Positions 36,464-36,849 of a DNA stretch of 36,849 nucleotides are shown piece after piece. The stretch spans positions 1 to 36,849 of IMG/VR virus record IMGVR_UViG_2529292835_000026. One strand, given 5' to 3'. The translations under genes were made by a program, and so were the position numbers. The notes beneath the pieces were generated by a model, which ran no database searches, was not told the DNA's origin, and saw nothing but the letters and a program-made list of their open reading frames with translations. This DNA comes from a virus (Duplodnaviria > Heunggongvirae > Uroviricota > Caudoviricetes). Position 1 is the stretch's first letter. Every line of letters starts with the position of its first letter.

Positions 36464-36849
<386 letters not shown>

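Overview
Chromosomal smpB-ssrA (tmRNA) locus of an enterobacterium (E. coli-like SmpB) carrying a ~35.2 kb P2/186-family prophage inserted in the 3' end of ssrA, bounded by 45-bp direct repeats (1016-1060 and 36244-36288). The backbone is complete and syntenic with P2 in inverted orientation: ogr, D-U-T-E/E'-FII-FI, tfa-H-I-J-W-V, S-R-lysis-X-L-M-N-O on the minus strand, divergent P-Q, then replication gene A, dam, a 186-like cII/apl-cI switch and int. Accessory content sits in AT-rich islands: a WYL-BRCT protein next to attL; a small membrane protein between V and S; a cos-flanking island with a Septu-like ATPase + HNH nuclease pair and two uncharacterised genes (one with a HEPN-like R-x4-H motif); a LexA-box-controlled small ORF + DinI-like module; a small plus-strand gene inside the early operon; and a membrane protein between int and attR. 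The dam gene is frameshifted at an A7 tract. The right flank holds a truncated P4-type integrase and the 3' end of an IS21-family istB. All calls rest on reading the translations and motifs by eye; no database search was run.
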